From Victivallales bacterium (GTDB lineage: Bacteria > Verrucomicrobiota > Lentisphaeria > Victivallales > UBA1829), in assembly GCA_045114235.1 (NCBI GenBank), contig JBGUKB010000047.1, positions 1 to 54,719 on the forward strand: a stretch of DNA of 54,719 nucleotides. The letters are read 5' to 3'. Shown here one piece after another: positions 17,966-27,330 of this stretch. The position numbers and the translations under genes were made by a program. Numbering within the stretch: the stretch's first letter is position 1; each line of letters opens with the position of its first letter. The notes under the pieces are model-generated. The model was not told the origin of the DNA and ran no database searches. It worked only from the letters and a program-made list of their open reading frames with translations.

Positions 17966-18592
17966 ATGCTTCAGATCCTCGCCGCCACCACCAATAAGCA
18001 CAAGATCCAGGAATTCCAGGCCATGCTCAACACTTCGGCCGATTCCGACCGCGTCTGCATCATCTCCCCCGACACGATCAAGGGGTTCCCGGAGATCGTC
18101 GAAAACGGCACGACGTTCGAGGAGAACGCCCGCATCAAGGCGGGCCAGGCGGCGCGCTATGCCGACATGGCGGCGTTCGCGGACGATTCCGGGCTGGAAG
18201 TGCTGGCGCTGGGCGGCGCGCCGGGCATCTATTCCGCCCGCTACGCAGGCGAGAACGCCACGTATCCCGAAAAGATGGCGAAACTCCTCGCCGAGCTGAA
18301 AAACTTCGACGACCGCCGCGCGCGTTTCGTCTGCGTCATCGCGCTCGCCTACCGCGGCGACATCGTGGAGACGTTCCGCGGCGAGGTGACGGGCACGATC
18401 GCGTCCGAACCGCGCGGCACGGAGGGTTTCGGCTACGACCCGATCTTCATCCCGGACGGCTACGACAGGACGTTCGGCGAACTCGGCGAAGCGGTGAAGA
18501 GCAAGCTCAGCCATCGCGCCCGCGCGTTCGCGCTCGCCGCCGAGTTCGTTCACCGCGAACTTCAGACCATGGACGATTTCGAGTTCGTATGA
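17966..18592 (+). CDS. rdgB: Non-canonical purine NTP pyrophosphatase (HAM1/ITPase)
   Basis: ATTNKHK, TFEENA.IKA, ADDSGL, PGIYSARY, GFGYDPIF, SHRARA. Confidence 0.95.
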   Translation: MLQILAATTNKHKIQEFQAMLNTSADSDRVCIISPDTIKGFPEIVENGTTFEENARIKAGQAARYADMAAFADDSGLEVLALGGAPGIYSARYAGENATYPEKMAKLLAELKNFDDRRARFVCVIALAYRGDIVETFRGEVTGTIASEPRGTEGFGYDPIFIPDGYDRTFGELGEAVKSKLSHRARAFALAAEFVHRELQTMDDFEFV

Positions 18593-19596
18593 GAAACAAT
18601 CTCCACACAGCCGTCCTTTTCTGCCGCGCCGCGCTCCTGACGGCGGGGCTCCTCCTGCTTCCCGCGCTCCTCGAAGCGAAGGACGCCAAGGAGGCCGAGC
18701 TGAGGTTCGACGGACGCCCGAAGATCGGCGAGCCGTATGTGATCTCCGTGAACACGCGGCAGGTGCGGACCTACCGGATGAAACTGGTCGGGATCGACAA
18801 CCCGCCGCGCCGCCGTGAGACGCACGAAATCCATGCGGTCGGCGAGCTCGTCTACCAGTCGCTCGACCCGCTCGTGGTCCAGTTCAAGGTCGAGATGCTG
18901 TCGCAGGTCGTCGACGGCGTGAAGACCGACTACGCCCCGCTCGCGGGCATGACCGCCATCGTCCGGTCCTCCGGCGTGAACTTGCGGGACATCCCCCTCG
19001 GCACGGACGAGGACGCTGCGGAATCCGTGCTGGGCGGCGGCTCCGCCGGGACGAACGGCGCGAAGACGAAAAAAGAGATTCGCGAAATGCTCCCCGGCGC
19101 GCGCCGTCTGATCGCGTCCATGTTCGCCGCTCCGCCGGACCGCCCGGAGGAATACCTCGGGAAGTCGCGCAAGGTCGCGCCCGGCGGCAAATGGACGGCG
19201 TCCGCGAAGCCGATGCTGGAGGCGATCAGGGCCAACGGACTGGAGCTCGCCGAAGACAAGGTCACGGCCACGGCGACTTACAACAACGCGACGAAGGACA
19301 ATGCTTCCGGCATCGCCGCGCAGAAAGTCTATTTCCTTGCCGAATCCGCCAATATCCCCGGCTACGATTTCAAGCTCGAAGTCTTCTTCACGTTCCCGGA
19401 CGGCGGCGGCGACGCCCCGCTTCAGATCGACCGTTCCGCCACGGAGGTCGTGAACCGCGCGATCCCGGAGGGCGTGCCCGGATTCTCCGGGGCCGTGATG
19501 GATTGCGTGACGACCGACCAGAGCGAAGTCGTCATGGTGCGGAAATCCCTGCTGAAGGCGAAGAAAAAGAACTGGTTCCTCGACCTGTTCGATTGA
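18589..19596 (+). CDS. Hypothetical exported protein
   Basis: Signal-peptide-like N-terminus (ALLTAGLLLLPALLEA-K); ATGA overlap with rdgB; no family recognised. Confidence 0.75.
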   Translation: MRNNLHTAVLFCRAALLTAGLLLLPALLEAKDAKEAELRFDGRPKIGEPYVISVNTRQVRTYRMKLVGIDNPPRRRETHEIHAVGELVYQSLDPLVVQFKVEMLSQVVDGVKTDYAPLAGMTAIVRSSGVNLRDIPLGTDEDAAESVLGGGSAGTNGAKTKKEIREMLPGARRLIASMFAAPPDRPEEYLGKSRKVAPGGKWTASAKPMLEAIRANGLELAEDKVTATATYNNATKDNASGIAAQKVYFLAESANIPGYDFKLEVFFTFPDGGGDAPLQIDRSATEVVNRAIPEGVPGFSGAVMDCVTTDQSEVVMVRKSLLKAKKKNWFLDLFD

Positions 19597-19659
19597 GGAT
19601 AAGGCAGACGCCGCAAAAACGATGCGGCTCAGCTCGATTTGCGGAAAAAGACACGCCGG

Positions 19660-20313
19660 TCAGTCGTCCTGGCCGGTCTCCGCGCCGTGGCTGCGGCGCT
19701 TCATGGAGAGCAGGGCGAATCCGCCCGCGATGACTTCCCTCTGCACGATCACGTCGTGCGGGACCCGCAGGCACACGTTCGCGAAATTCCAGATCGCCTT
19801 CACGCCGCACTGCACGAGCTCGTCCGCGACCATCTGGGCGGTGGACGACGGCACGCAGATGATCCCGATGTCCGGCGGCGCGGGCGCGAGATACTCGCGC
19901 ATCTTCCGCACGTCCAGCACCTCGTGCGCGTGGATCAGGATGCCGTGCTTGCGGGAATCGGCATCAAACACAAATGTGAACCGCAGGCCGTATTCCGCGA
20001 ACTCCTCGTAACCGAGCAGGGCGCTGCCGAGCGAACCCGCTCCGACGAGGCACGCCGTGGTATGGGCGTCCCAGCCGAGGAACCGCCGCAGCGAGGCGAT
20101 CAGCTCCGCCGTCTTGAAGCCGACGCCGGGCGTCCCCTGGATGCCGGTCAGCTCGAAGTCCTTCCGCACGATGATCGGGTCCAGCCCCATGTAGTCCGCC
20201 AGCTTGGACGTCGACACGAACTCCTCCCCGGCCGCGTGCATGAGCATGAGCTTATGCAGATAGGTCGGGATGCGCCGGATGGCGGGGGTGTTCAGGACTT
20301 TGTGTTTTCCCAT
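19660..20313 (-). CDS. rex: Redox-sensing transcriptional repressor Rex
   Basis: PAIRRIPTY, VSTSKLA, VRKDF, G.PGVGF, VGAGSLGSAL, AIWNFA. Start set at ATG 20313 (MGKHK). Confidence 0.9.
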   Translation of the reverse strand: MGKHKVLNTPAIRRIPTYLHKLMLMHAAGEEFVSTSKLADYMGLDPIIVRKDFELTGIQGTPGVGFKTAELIASLRRFLGWDAHTTACLVGAGSLGSALLGYEEFAEYGLRFTFVFDADSRKHGILIHAHEVLDVRKMREYLAPAPPDIGIICVPSSTAQMVADELVQCGVKAIWNFANVCLRVPHDVIVQREVIAGGFALLSMKRRSHGAETGQDD

Positions 20314-20468
20314 GGCTGGCTCCGTTCGGGGGTTGTCTGATCCACCTACTATACCACGTTTTTGCCCGAAATCAAGTCGTTTCCTCCTTTTATTCGCGAA
20401 AACGGCCTTCCGCTCTTCACTTGCCTGACACACAGTCCCCCGGAGGCTCTGTACTCGGGTGCACGGAC

Positions 20469-20514
20469 AAAAAAAAGAGGCGGCAGGGAGAATGAGGGGG
20501 AACCCTGCCGCCTC
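20469..20514 (-). terminator. Intrinsic terminator of tRNA-Cys
   Basis: gaggcggcaggg...ccctgccgcctc 12-bp stem plus T8 on the minus strand. Confidence 0.8.
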
Positions 20515-20529
20515 AAGGAGGGGGCGAAT

Positions 20530-20605
20530 TGGAGGCGTGAGTGGGAGTTGAACCCACCAGAACCGGTTTTGCAAACCGTTGCCTTAGCCGCTCGACCATC
20601 ACGCC
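20530..20605 (-). tRNA. tRNA-Cys (GCA)
   Basis: GGCGTGA acceptor stem, anticodon loop TTGCAAA, T-arm GTGGG-TTCAACT-CCCAC, U73 and encoded CCA. Promoter TTGATT-17-TATAGT at 20625-20653. Confidence 0.95.
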
Positions 20606-20845
20606 ATTGCAAAGCAATCTCTTTACTATACCCCACATTTCGGGAAAAATCAAGCACGGAACCTTTTTTTTGCGGAAAAAACTTACGTGCGAGGCAGACA
20701 TACCGGGTCGTAAAACAGCCCCGATATTTTGCGGTTCTTTTCCATGCGGCGCGGCTTTTGCGGTTTCCCGCTTGCATTTTTCGAAACCTATGATATGTTT
20801 TCCGTGATACGTATTTCATCGGTTTTCACGGAAGGAGCTTCCTCT

Positions 20846-22306
20846 ATGTCCGCATCGCAGACCCTCGCATCGACCATTGCCGGCTCGTGGTATCCGGGCG
20901 ATTCCGCCAGTCTCAACGCCATGATCGATTCGTTCCTGGCGCCGTGCCCCGTGCCGGAAAAGCCGTGCAATGTGATCGTGGTGCCGCACGCCGGGTATTT
21001 GTATTCCGGGCCGACGGCGGGTTATGCCTATGCCGCGGTCGACCGCAGGAAAGTCCGGCGCGTGATCCTCCTTGCCCCGAGCCACCGCTACGGCATCCGC
21101 GACCTCGCGGTCATGCCGATGGCCGACGCCGTCTCCACGCCGCTCGGGACGATCCCGCTGGACACCGCCATGCGCGGCGCCCTGCTCGGAAACGCGATGT
21201 TCCGCGCGGACGACAGCGTACACAAGCTCGAACACAGTACGCAGATCCAGTATCCGTTCCTTCAGCACTGCCTTGATGATTTCAAACTTCTTCCGTTTGT
21301 TGTCGGCAACCTGAGCATGCACGCCGCCGACGCCCTCGCCGCCGCGCTGAAGCCGTTCCTCGCGGACGATGTGCTGCTGGTCGTCAGTTCGGATTTCATC
21401 CATTACGGCAGCGACTTCGACTATGAACCCTTCCCGCAGGACACCGAGGCGAAGACGCGCGCGCTCAACCTCGACGCGGCGGACGCGATCGCCCGCCGCG
21501 ACACGGCGCGCTTCGAGCGCATCTTGGACGAATCCGGCGCGACCATCTGCGGGCGCGAACCCATCCGCGCCGCGTTGCGGATGCTCCCCGATGGCTGCAC
21601 CGGCTCCGTGCTCCACTATGCCACCAGTTCGGACGAATCCCGCGACTTCTCCCGGTTCGTCTGCTACTGCTCCATCGGATTCCATGCGGAATTCCCGCCC
21701 GCCCCGGAACAGACGGAAGCCGAGACGGATGCGGATTCCGGCGGTCTCTCCGCCGCCGACAGGAGTTTCCTGCTCGACCTCGCACGCCGCGCCATCCAGT
21801 ACGCCCTGAACACGCGCATGGTCCCCATGGCGGACGCGCTCGGCGTGAACCCGGACGTGCTGTCCCCCGCGCTCCGCAAGAACATGGGCGCGTTCGTGAC
21901 GCTCTCGATGAAACAGAACCACCGTCTGCGCGGCTGCATCGGCGAAATCCAGCCCTTCCGCCCGCTTTGGAAAGCCGTTCTCGGCCGCGCCGTCGACGCC
22001 GCCTTCCGCGATCCGAGGTTTCTCCCGCTGACCGCGCAGGAATTCGCGGACGTCGCGATCGAGATCTCCGCCCTCACGCCCGCCGTCCCGGTCGGAAGCT
22101 GGCGCGACATCGTGATCGGCCGCCACGGCATGACCCTGACCAAAAACGGACGGTCCGCGGTCTTCCTGCCGCAGGTCGCGCCGGAACAGGGCTGGGGCAT
22201 CGAAGAGACACTGTCCAACCTCGCGATGAAGGCGGGTCTCCCGCCGGACGCCTGGCGCGAAGGCGCGTCGTTCACCGTGTTCGAAGCTATCGTCTTCCAT
22301 GAATAA
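20846..22306 (+). CDS. AmmeMemoRadiSam protein B (MEMO-like) fused to protein A (AMMECR1 domain)
   Basis: AGSWYP, PHAGYLYSG, PSH, EHS, SSDFIHYG, TICG, then GAFVTL, LRGCIG, DPRF, FLPQV, KAGL. GAAGGAG RBS before ATG 20846. Confidence 0.93.
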   Translation: MSASQTLASTIAGSWYPGDSASLNAMIDSFLAPCPVPEKPCNVIVVPHAGYLYSGPTAGYAYAAVDRRKVRRVILLAPSHRYGIRDLAVMPMADAVSTPLGTIPLDTAMRGALLGNAMFRADDSVHKLEHSTQIQYPFLQHCLDDFKLLPFVVGNLSMHAADALAAALKPFLADDVLLVVSSDFIHYGSDFDYEPFPQDTEAKTRALNLDAADAIARRDTARFERILDESGATICGREPIRAALRMLPDGCTGSVLHYATSSDESRDFSRFVCYCSIGFHAEFPPAPEQTEAETDADSGGLSAADRSFLLDLARRAIQYALNTRMVPMADALGVNPDVLSPALRKNMGAFVTLSMKQNHRLRGCIGEIQPFRPLWKAVLGRAVDAAFRDPRFLPLTAQEFADVAIEISALTPAVPVGSWRDIVIGRHGMTLTKNGRSAVFLPQVAPEQGWGIEETLSNLAMKAGLPPDAWREGASFTVFEAIVFHE

Positions 22307-22349
22307 GTCGCTGTTCCGCATGTGCCCTTCGACAAAAAGGTATTCCTTC

Positions 22350-23108
22350 ATGAGCCCCTTCTTTCTTTTTCTTTCTGTCACGTTCTTTCTCTTTGCCGGC
22401 GCCGGTTATGCCTTTGCGGATGAGTCGGCCGACGAAAACACACTCAGAGAGATCACATATGCCTTTGGCAACCCCGATCCCGCCAAAGGTGAGGATGCCT
22501 TTATCCGATATTTCCATCAAACTGACGAAAAAAATGTTCTGACCATAACGCTATCCAAATACAGCAGCATTGCCGAAACGGAACGGGTATGGAAATCTTT
22601 TTCAACCGACTATAAGAACAGCGGCACGAATGCATCATTCGGCGGTTCTTCCGTTTCTGCCGATGAACAGGCAGCCCAAGCTGCTTCAGAATCACGTTTT
22701 GCGGATGCTGAAACAGGGGGGGCGAACGCAAATCGTACTGACGATGAACTCATGGTCTATAAAATTGATGTTCCCTTCGATAAAAGCGCTGTCGACAAAG
22801 CCGGTATCGCAGGATATGATGACAGAGATACCCTGTTCGTTTTTCCTGAGGTCAAAACAGAGACATCCGAAAGTGTTCAATTGTCGGATGGAGGAACTTA
22901 CTCGATCCTTGTCTTCGAAAAAAAGGCATTTGCCAACAGTCAGAACAGATCAATCATATTATTCGGCGGCTCATATGCCAAGTCTGCCGAAGAGGAAGAT
23001 TATTCCACTTCTCCTTATGCGATTCCGCTTGCGATTCTTTTCCTGGCGATTGGGTGCGGGATCGTTCTGGCGATGTTCACTACGACAGGAGCAAAGATGG
23101 ATGACTGA
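22350..23108 (+). CDS. Exported protein with C-terminal TM anchor; divergent paralogue of 26337-27050
   Basis: Signal peptide (...AGYAFA-DE), shared blocks with the 26337 protein (NVLTITL, VPFD, SILVF) and C-terminal PYAIPLAILFLAIGCGIVLAM. Start is 22350 or 22299. Confidence 0.8.
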   Translation: MSPFFLFLSVTFFLFAGAGYAFADESADENTLREITYAFGNPDPAKGEDAFIRYFHQTDEKNVLTITLSKYSSIAETERVWKSFSTDYKNSGTNASFGGSSVSADEQAAQAASESRFADAETGGANANRTDDELMVYKIDVPFDKSAVDKAGIAGYDDRDTLFVFPEVKTETSESVQLSDGGTYSILVFEKKAFANSQNRSIILFGGSYAKSAEEEDYSTSPYAIPLAILFLAIGCGIVLAMFTTTGAKMDD

Positions 23109-23197
23109 TGTCTCCGATCCGAACAGGAAATGATGCAACGGATCTTCTCCCGAAACAGTCCCGGATTGAAATCCAACGAAGGTAGAAAAAACTGATT

Positions 23198-25492
23198 ATG
23201 AACAGAAAAAAAACCATCTCACTGGCCTTATTCGGACTTGTCCTTGTCGCAGGTCTGCTGGTGTGCGGATATTTCGGCATGAAGATCGTCCGCCGCACCC
23301 GTCTGCGCCGCGCAGCGATGACGGCATACGAGAACAAGGAATACGCGTTGGCGGAACCCCTTTTGCTTCGGCAAGTTCAAAATGACCCGGATGACGAGGC
23401 GGGATTCGTGGCGCTGGCAAACATCTATCACGACTTCGGCAACGTGGGAATGGAAGCGCAGATGTGGCAGACGGCCACGACACTGGACACGCAGAATCCG
23501 GAATATCGTGAAAAAATGCTGGACTGTATGGTGAAATCCGCAAGCTACGCCCTTATGCACGGTGTTCTGGGGCGGAAAGCCCGGGCGGATGAAAAGTTCA
23601 CGGACCAGGAGTTATATTGGTATGTGATCTCTTCCTACCGTTCCGGCTATCCGAAGGACGGAGAAGATGCCTACAACAAGTATGTAAAAAAGCATCCCGA
23701 CGTGTTTCACAAGAACGATTTGGGGCGGATGGCGGAATTCATAGCAGTCTATGAGACGTTGTCCGACAGCGAACGTGATTCTTTCCTGATCGATGCCATG
23801 CAGTCGGAGGATCCGGAGATACGATTCGAGGCGATTTATACCGATTTGCGCCGCCTGGAACAACGCGACGGCGACGATCCCGGGAACGACGAGAAATTCG
23901 AGAGCATGCTGAAGCTGGCTGTGGAAGCGAATTATTTCGCGGGGACGGCGCTTCTGGCGGATTTTTATTTCTCAAGATGCCGGTTCGATGAAGTGATCGG
24001 TGTTTTAAGTCCGTATTTGGAGACCATTGATGATATGGACCTTTATCTGCTGTATGCGGAAAGCTTCGCTTTTACGGGTAAGCTCAACGAAATCAGGGAA
24101 CTGGAAAAGAAACTGCGTCCGAAACCCGGTTTTCTGCCGTATATGGCGGACTATTGCGAAATCCTGATCGCATACCTTGAAAATGACGAGGATAAGCTTG
24201 CCGCGGTCTTCCGTAAACATGGCAAACGCATCGATTCCGCGCTTTCGCGCTTTATCCGGTTGCGCGTGGCGATGGCGAACCAAGCGCCCGGCGAGATCCT
24301 GTCCGTGGCAGAAGACGTATTCTCTCATCCGCCATTTCACGATCTGCATGACCGCGCACTGCTTATCTTCCTGGATTATGTTTCCGCTGAAATGAAGAAG
24401 GAGGAAAATCAGAAGGACCCGTCTCGGATGGCCGCGCTGGCAAAAGTGCTGTCCGACTATCTGCACGGGAACAGGCTCCTCACAGAAATCATCCTCATGG
24501 ACCAGTATCGAAGAAGTGTGGCGGCGGAACCCGACCTGCTCGCGGCTTTGGAGCAGTTTCCCGACGATGCGCAATTCCAGCGGATCACCGCGGAATATTT
24601 GGTCTTCCATGAGAAAGCGGAACAGGCGCTGCCGGTCCTCGAAGAAATACTGGATGCGGAAAAGAACGCGGACCGGAAGCCTGAACGCGGGGTTCAAATC
24701 CTTCTCATGCTGGCGCTGGATCAGCTCGGGCGGCATGACGAAGCGGCCGAGGCCTTCCGGGAACTGGTGGTGCAGTCCGGATTCGACCCGGAGCTTCTGG
24801 AGCAGTATTTCCTGTTCTGTGTGCACAATGGCCGGTCGGCGGATCTGGGATCCATGGCCGACCGTCTCGGCAGCCTGGAGGACGAAACCCGGAAACGTTT
24901 CGGTGTTTTTTTCCGTGCGGCGGCGCTGCTGCAGACGGAAGACGAAGGGAAGAAAAACGAGGCGCTTGATCTGCTCGCCTCGGCTCCGTCCGATGACCCG
25001 GAATATACGTTCTATGCGGCGAACAGCCTGTACAAACACGGCCGGATCGATGATGCCGAAACGAAATACGGGGCGATCCTGAAGACCTATCGCATTCCGT
25101 CCCTGCCTTATGTCAATCTTTCCAACATCTACCACGCGAAAGGAGAAAAAGAAAAAGCACTGGAAGCCGCGGAAGCGGCGTTCGATCTTGAAAAGGAATC
25201 CATGCTTCCGGCGTTTGTCTACGCAAAAAGGCTGGCCGAAGCAGAGCGTTTTGAGGAAGCCGTAACCGTTCTTGATTTCCCGCGCCATGCCGTAAACTAC
25301 CGCAAAGACATCGTGGACCTTTGGCGCGAATGTATGCACCATGCCATTGAAAAAAGCATTGCAGGACGGAAGCTGCTTCAGGCGGAGGAACAATGCAAGC
25401 ATCTTCTGATCGTCGTGCCGGACGATGGTTTCGGAAAAGAATACCTGGAAAAAGTCCGGAAAATGCTCTTCCCGAAGCAGGGCGAGGTATAA
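23198..25492 (+). CDS. Membrane-anchored TPR-repeat protein (copy 1)
   Basis: N-terminal TM helix, RRTRLRR, helical repeats (AGFVALANIYHDFG; YVNLSNIYHAKGEKEKALEAAEAAF). Colinear paralogue of 27331-29646. Confidence 0.88.
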   Translation: MNRKKTISLALFGLVLVAGLLVCGYFGMKIVRRTRLRRAAMTAYENKEYALAEPLLLRQVQNDPDDEAGFVALANIYHDFGNVGMEAQMWQTATTLDTQNPEYREKMLDCMVKSASYALMHGVLGRKARADEKFTDQELYWYVISSYRSGYPKDGEDAYNKYVKKHPDVFHKNDLGRMAEFIAVYETLSDSERDSFLIDAMQSEDPEIRFEAIYTDLRRLEQRDGDDPGNDEKFESMLKLAVEANYFAGTALLADFYFSRCRFDEVIGVLSPYLETIDDMDLYLLYAESFAFTGKLNEIRELEKKLRPKPGFLPYMADYCEILIAYLENDEDKLAAVFRKHGKRIDSALSRFIRLRVAMANQAPGEILSVAEDVFSHPPFHDLHDRALLIFLDYVSAEMKKEENQKDPSRMAALAKVLSDYLHGNRLLTEIILMDQYRRSVAAEPDLLAALEQFPDDAQFQRITAEYLVFHEKAEQALPVLEEILDAEKNADRKPERGVQILLMLALDQLGRHDEAAEAFRELVVQSGFDPELLEQYFLFCVHNGRSADLGSMADRLGSLEDETRKRFGVFFRAAALLQTEDEGKKNEALDLLASAPSDDPEYTFYAANSLYKHGRIDDAETKYGAILKTYRIPSLPYVNLSNIYHAKGEKEKALEAAEAAFDLEKESMLPAFVYAKRLAEAERFEEAVTVLDFPRHAVNYRKDIVDLWRECMHHAIEKSIAGRKLLQAEEQCKHLLIVVPDDGFGKEYLEKVRKMLFPKQGEV

Positions 25493-25599
25493 AACAGCCC
25501 CCTTTCCGGTCTTGTTCCCCCCTCCCTGTTCAGATTTAATTAGCATCTAACGAAATATTATTGTTTTTCAGAAAAATCTAAAAAAAACATAACTTTAAT

Positions 25600-25628
25600 T
25601 TGAAATAAAGCAATTGACGGTATATATT
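25600..25628 (+). promoter_or_regulatory. Sigma70-type promoter in an AT-rich spacer
   Basis: TTGAAA-17-TATATT upstream of the 25668 gene. Confidence 0.5.
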
Positions 25629-25667
25629 TTTCTCCAAATTCTTTAGTAAAATAAGAGTAACGGCTTC

Positions 25668-26141
25668 ATGAAACGGCTTCTGACATTTCTGGTGATGGTC
25701 CTGCTGGCGGCGGGCTTCTCGTTCGAGACGCTTGCTGTGGATGCGTTCGATGTGTCCGCAGCGGGCGAGTATGCTGTGTCCGCGGATGCGGATGTTGCCG
25801 AGGCGGAAGCCGCCGTGTCGGATGAAATCGCCGCTCCGATCTTCCTCTTCACCCGTTCCATCAAGTCCGCCGCTTCGGAATTCCTGCATCAGGAACTCGG
25901 CATCGGCAACGTTCACGGTCAGCCGCTCCCCGGCGTCCTGATCACCCTTCTCCTCGGTGCGGCGTTCGGACTCGCCCGGAAAATCCGAAACGGCCGCCGC
26001 AACGCTCATTCCGAACAAACGGCGGAGGACGTGCTCCTGCTCACGGCGCGTCTCCTCCGCATGCAGATTTCGTATTTGTATCCGCCTGAAACGATTCACA
26101 CCATCTCCCCTGGACCGGATTTATTCTGTCAGAGGGAATGA
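25668..26141 (+). CDS. Small exported protein with GQPLP-TM-basic motif and an extra cytoplasmic tail
   Basis: Signal peptide, acidic Ala-rich stretch, GQPLPGVLITLLLGAAFGLARKIRNGRR. Confidence 0.75.
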   Translation: MKRLLTFLVMVLLAAGFSFETLAVDAFDVSAAGEYAVSADADVAEAEAAVSDEIAAPIFLFTRSIKSAASEFLHQELGIGNVHGQPLPGVLITLLLGAAFGLARKIRNGRRNAHSEQTAEDVLLLTARLLRMQISYLYPPETIHTISPGPDLFCQRE

Positions 26142-26336
26142 GGCGGGATTCCCGGCACGCCGAACGTATTGCGTTGCCGGTGACCTGCGGACGCGGCCCA
26201 CGGGGTGCCGCGGACCGGATTCCTTTTTGATTTGAATGCCCCGAAACCGCTTCCGGATTCTCACAACAAATCTAGAACAAGGACCGGAAGTCCCGGTGAA
26301 AAACGCCGGAACAAACACAAAGAAAGACCTCTTACC

Positions 26337-27050
26337 ATGAAACTTCACAATCTCCTTCTCTCCGCCGCCCTCTTCCTCACCATTGGCGCCGCTTCCGCTC
26401 TTGCGGTCGAGCCGGAAGACGAACAGGCGCTCGCGCAAACCACTTATACGATGTCTACTACGTCCACCGGTGGATATTATTATGCCACCTCCGGGAACAA
26501 CACCCTGACCGTCACCCTGCTCCAGTATGCCGGCACGGCCGATACGACCAGCGGCTGGACCTATTATGCAGTCGGGTATAATGCGGACGGCACCACCAAG
26601 ACATTCGAGCAGTCTCTGACCCTTGACAATTCAAACATCACCGGAAGAGAGCTCACGGAGGCCGAAATTGCGTCTATCCCCCAATATCGCAACTCTGATG
26701 ACCTTCATGCCTATGTGTTCACCGTGCCGTTTGACGCCGAAACCACGGAAATGATCGGCTTTGCGGGACGCAACGGCGATGGCAAAAAGCTTGTTTTTTC
26801 CCCTGTCAATGATCAGGCAACAAACGGCTTTTATTTCTCCGACAAAAAAACCAACTCCATCCTTTTCTTCGGGGATAATCAGTTTAAAAACGGTCAGATC
26901 AAGGCTCAGATCATGTCCGGCGCCGCTTTCGTTGAGAAAGGCGGCCCCATGGGTGCTCCGCTTCCGGCTCCGGTCGTGACGCTCCTCATCGCGCTCGGCT
27001 TCGGCGCCGCGTTCGTGATGTACCGCAACCGCAAGCAGGCAAAGGCCTGA
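26337..27050 (+). CDS. Surface protein with PEP-CTERM-like C-terminal sorting signal (GAPLPAP-TM-RNRK)
   Basis: Signal peptide MKLHNLLLSAALFLTIGAASALA, Thr/Ser/Gly/Tyr-rich body, ends GAPLPAPVVTLLIALGFGAAFVMYRNRKQAKA. Confidence 0.85.
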   Translation: MKLHNLLLSAALFLTIGAASALAVEPEDEQALAQTTYTMSTTSTGGYYYATSGNNTLTVTLLQYAGTADTTSGWTYYAVGYNADGTTKTFEQSLTLDNSNITGRELTEAEIASIPQYRNSDDLHAYVFTVPFDAETTEMIGFAGRNGDGKKLVFSPVNDQATNGFYFSDKKTNSILFFGDNQFKNGQIKAQIMSGAAFVEKGGPMGAPLPAPVVTLLIALGFGAAFVMYRNRKQAKA

Positions 27051-27330
27051 TTTCGGAAACCGTCTCGGGGAGGTCTTCACCGGCCTTCCCCGAAACGGAT
27101 GTGTTTGAAAGATCATGATGCCGGATTCTCCGGAAGGAGGAAAAGGCTTCGAAAGCAGACGGTCCATCCCGCTTTCCCCGGATGGACTGCCTGCTGATTT
27201 TTAATCCGATGTTTTTTTTTTGAACTCGGAACAAAGACGGGGAAGGCAGATGACAGATGGCAGATTCGCGTGCATCCGGCATGCGGATTTCGGAATAAAA
27301 CGGAACAACGGAAGGAAAGACGTAACAACC

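Noticed and set aside
20314-20845. N-terminal extensions of rex and the MEMO fusion, and small ORFs here
   Set aside because: They overlap tRNA-Cys, its promoter and its terminator; downstream starts fit the families.
26152-26172. GGCAC...TTGC as a sigma54 promoter
   Set aside because: The GG to GC spacing is not the required 10 nt.
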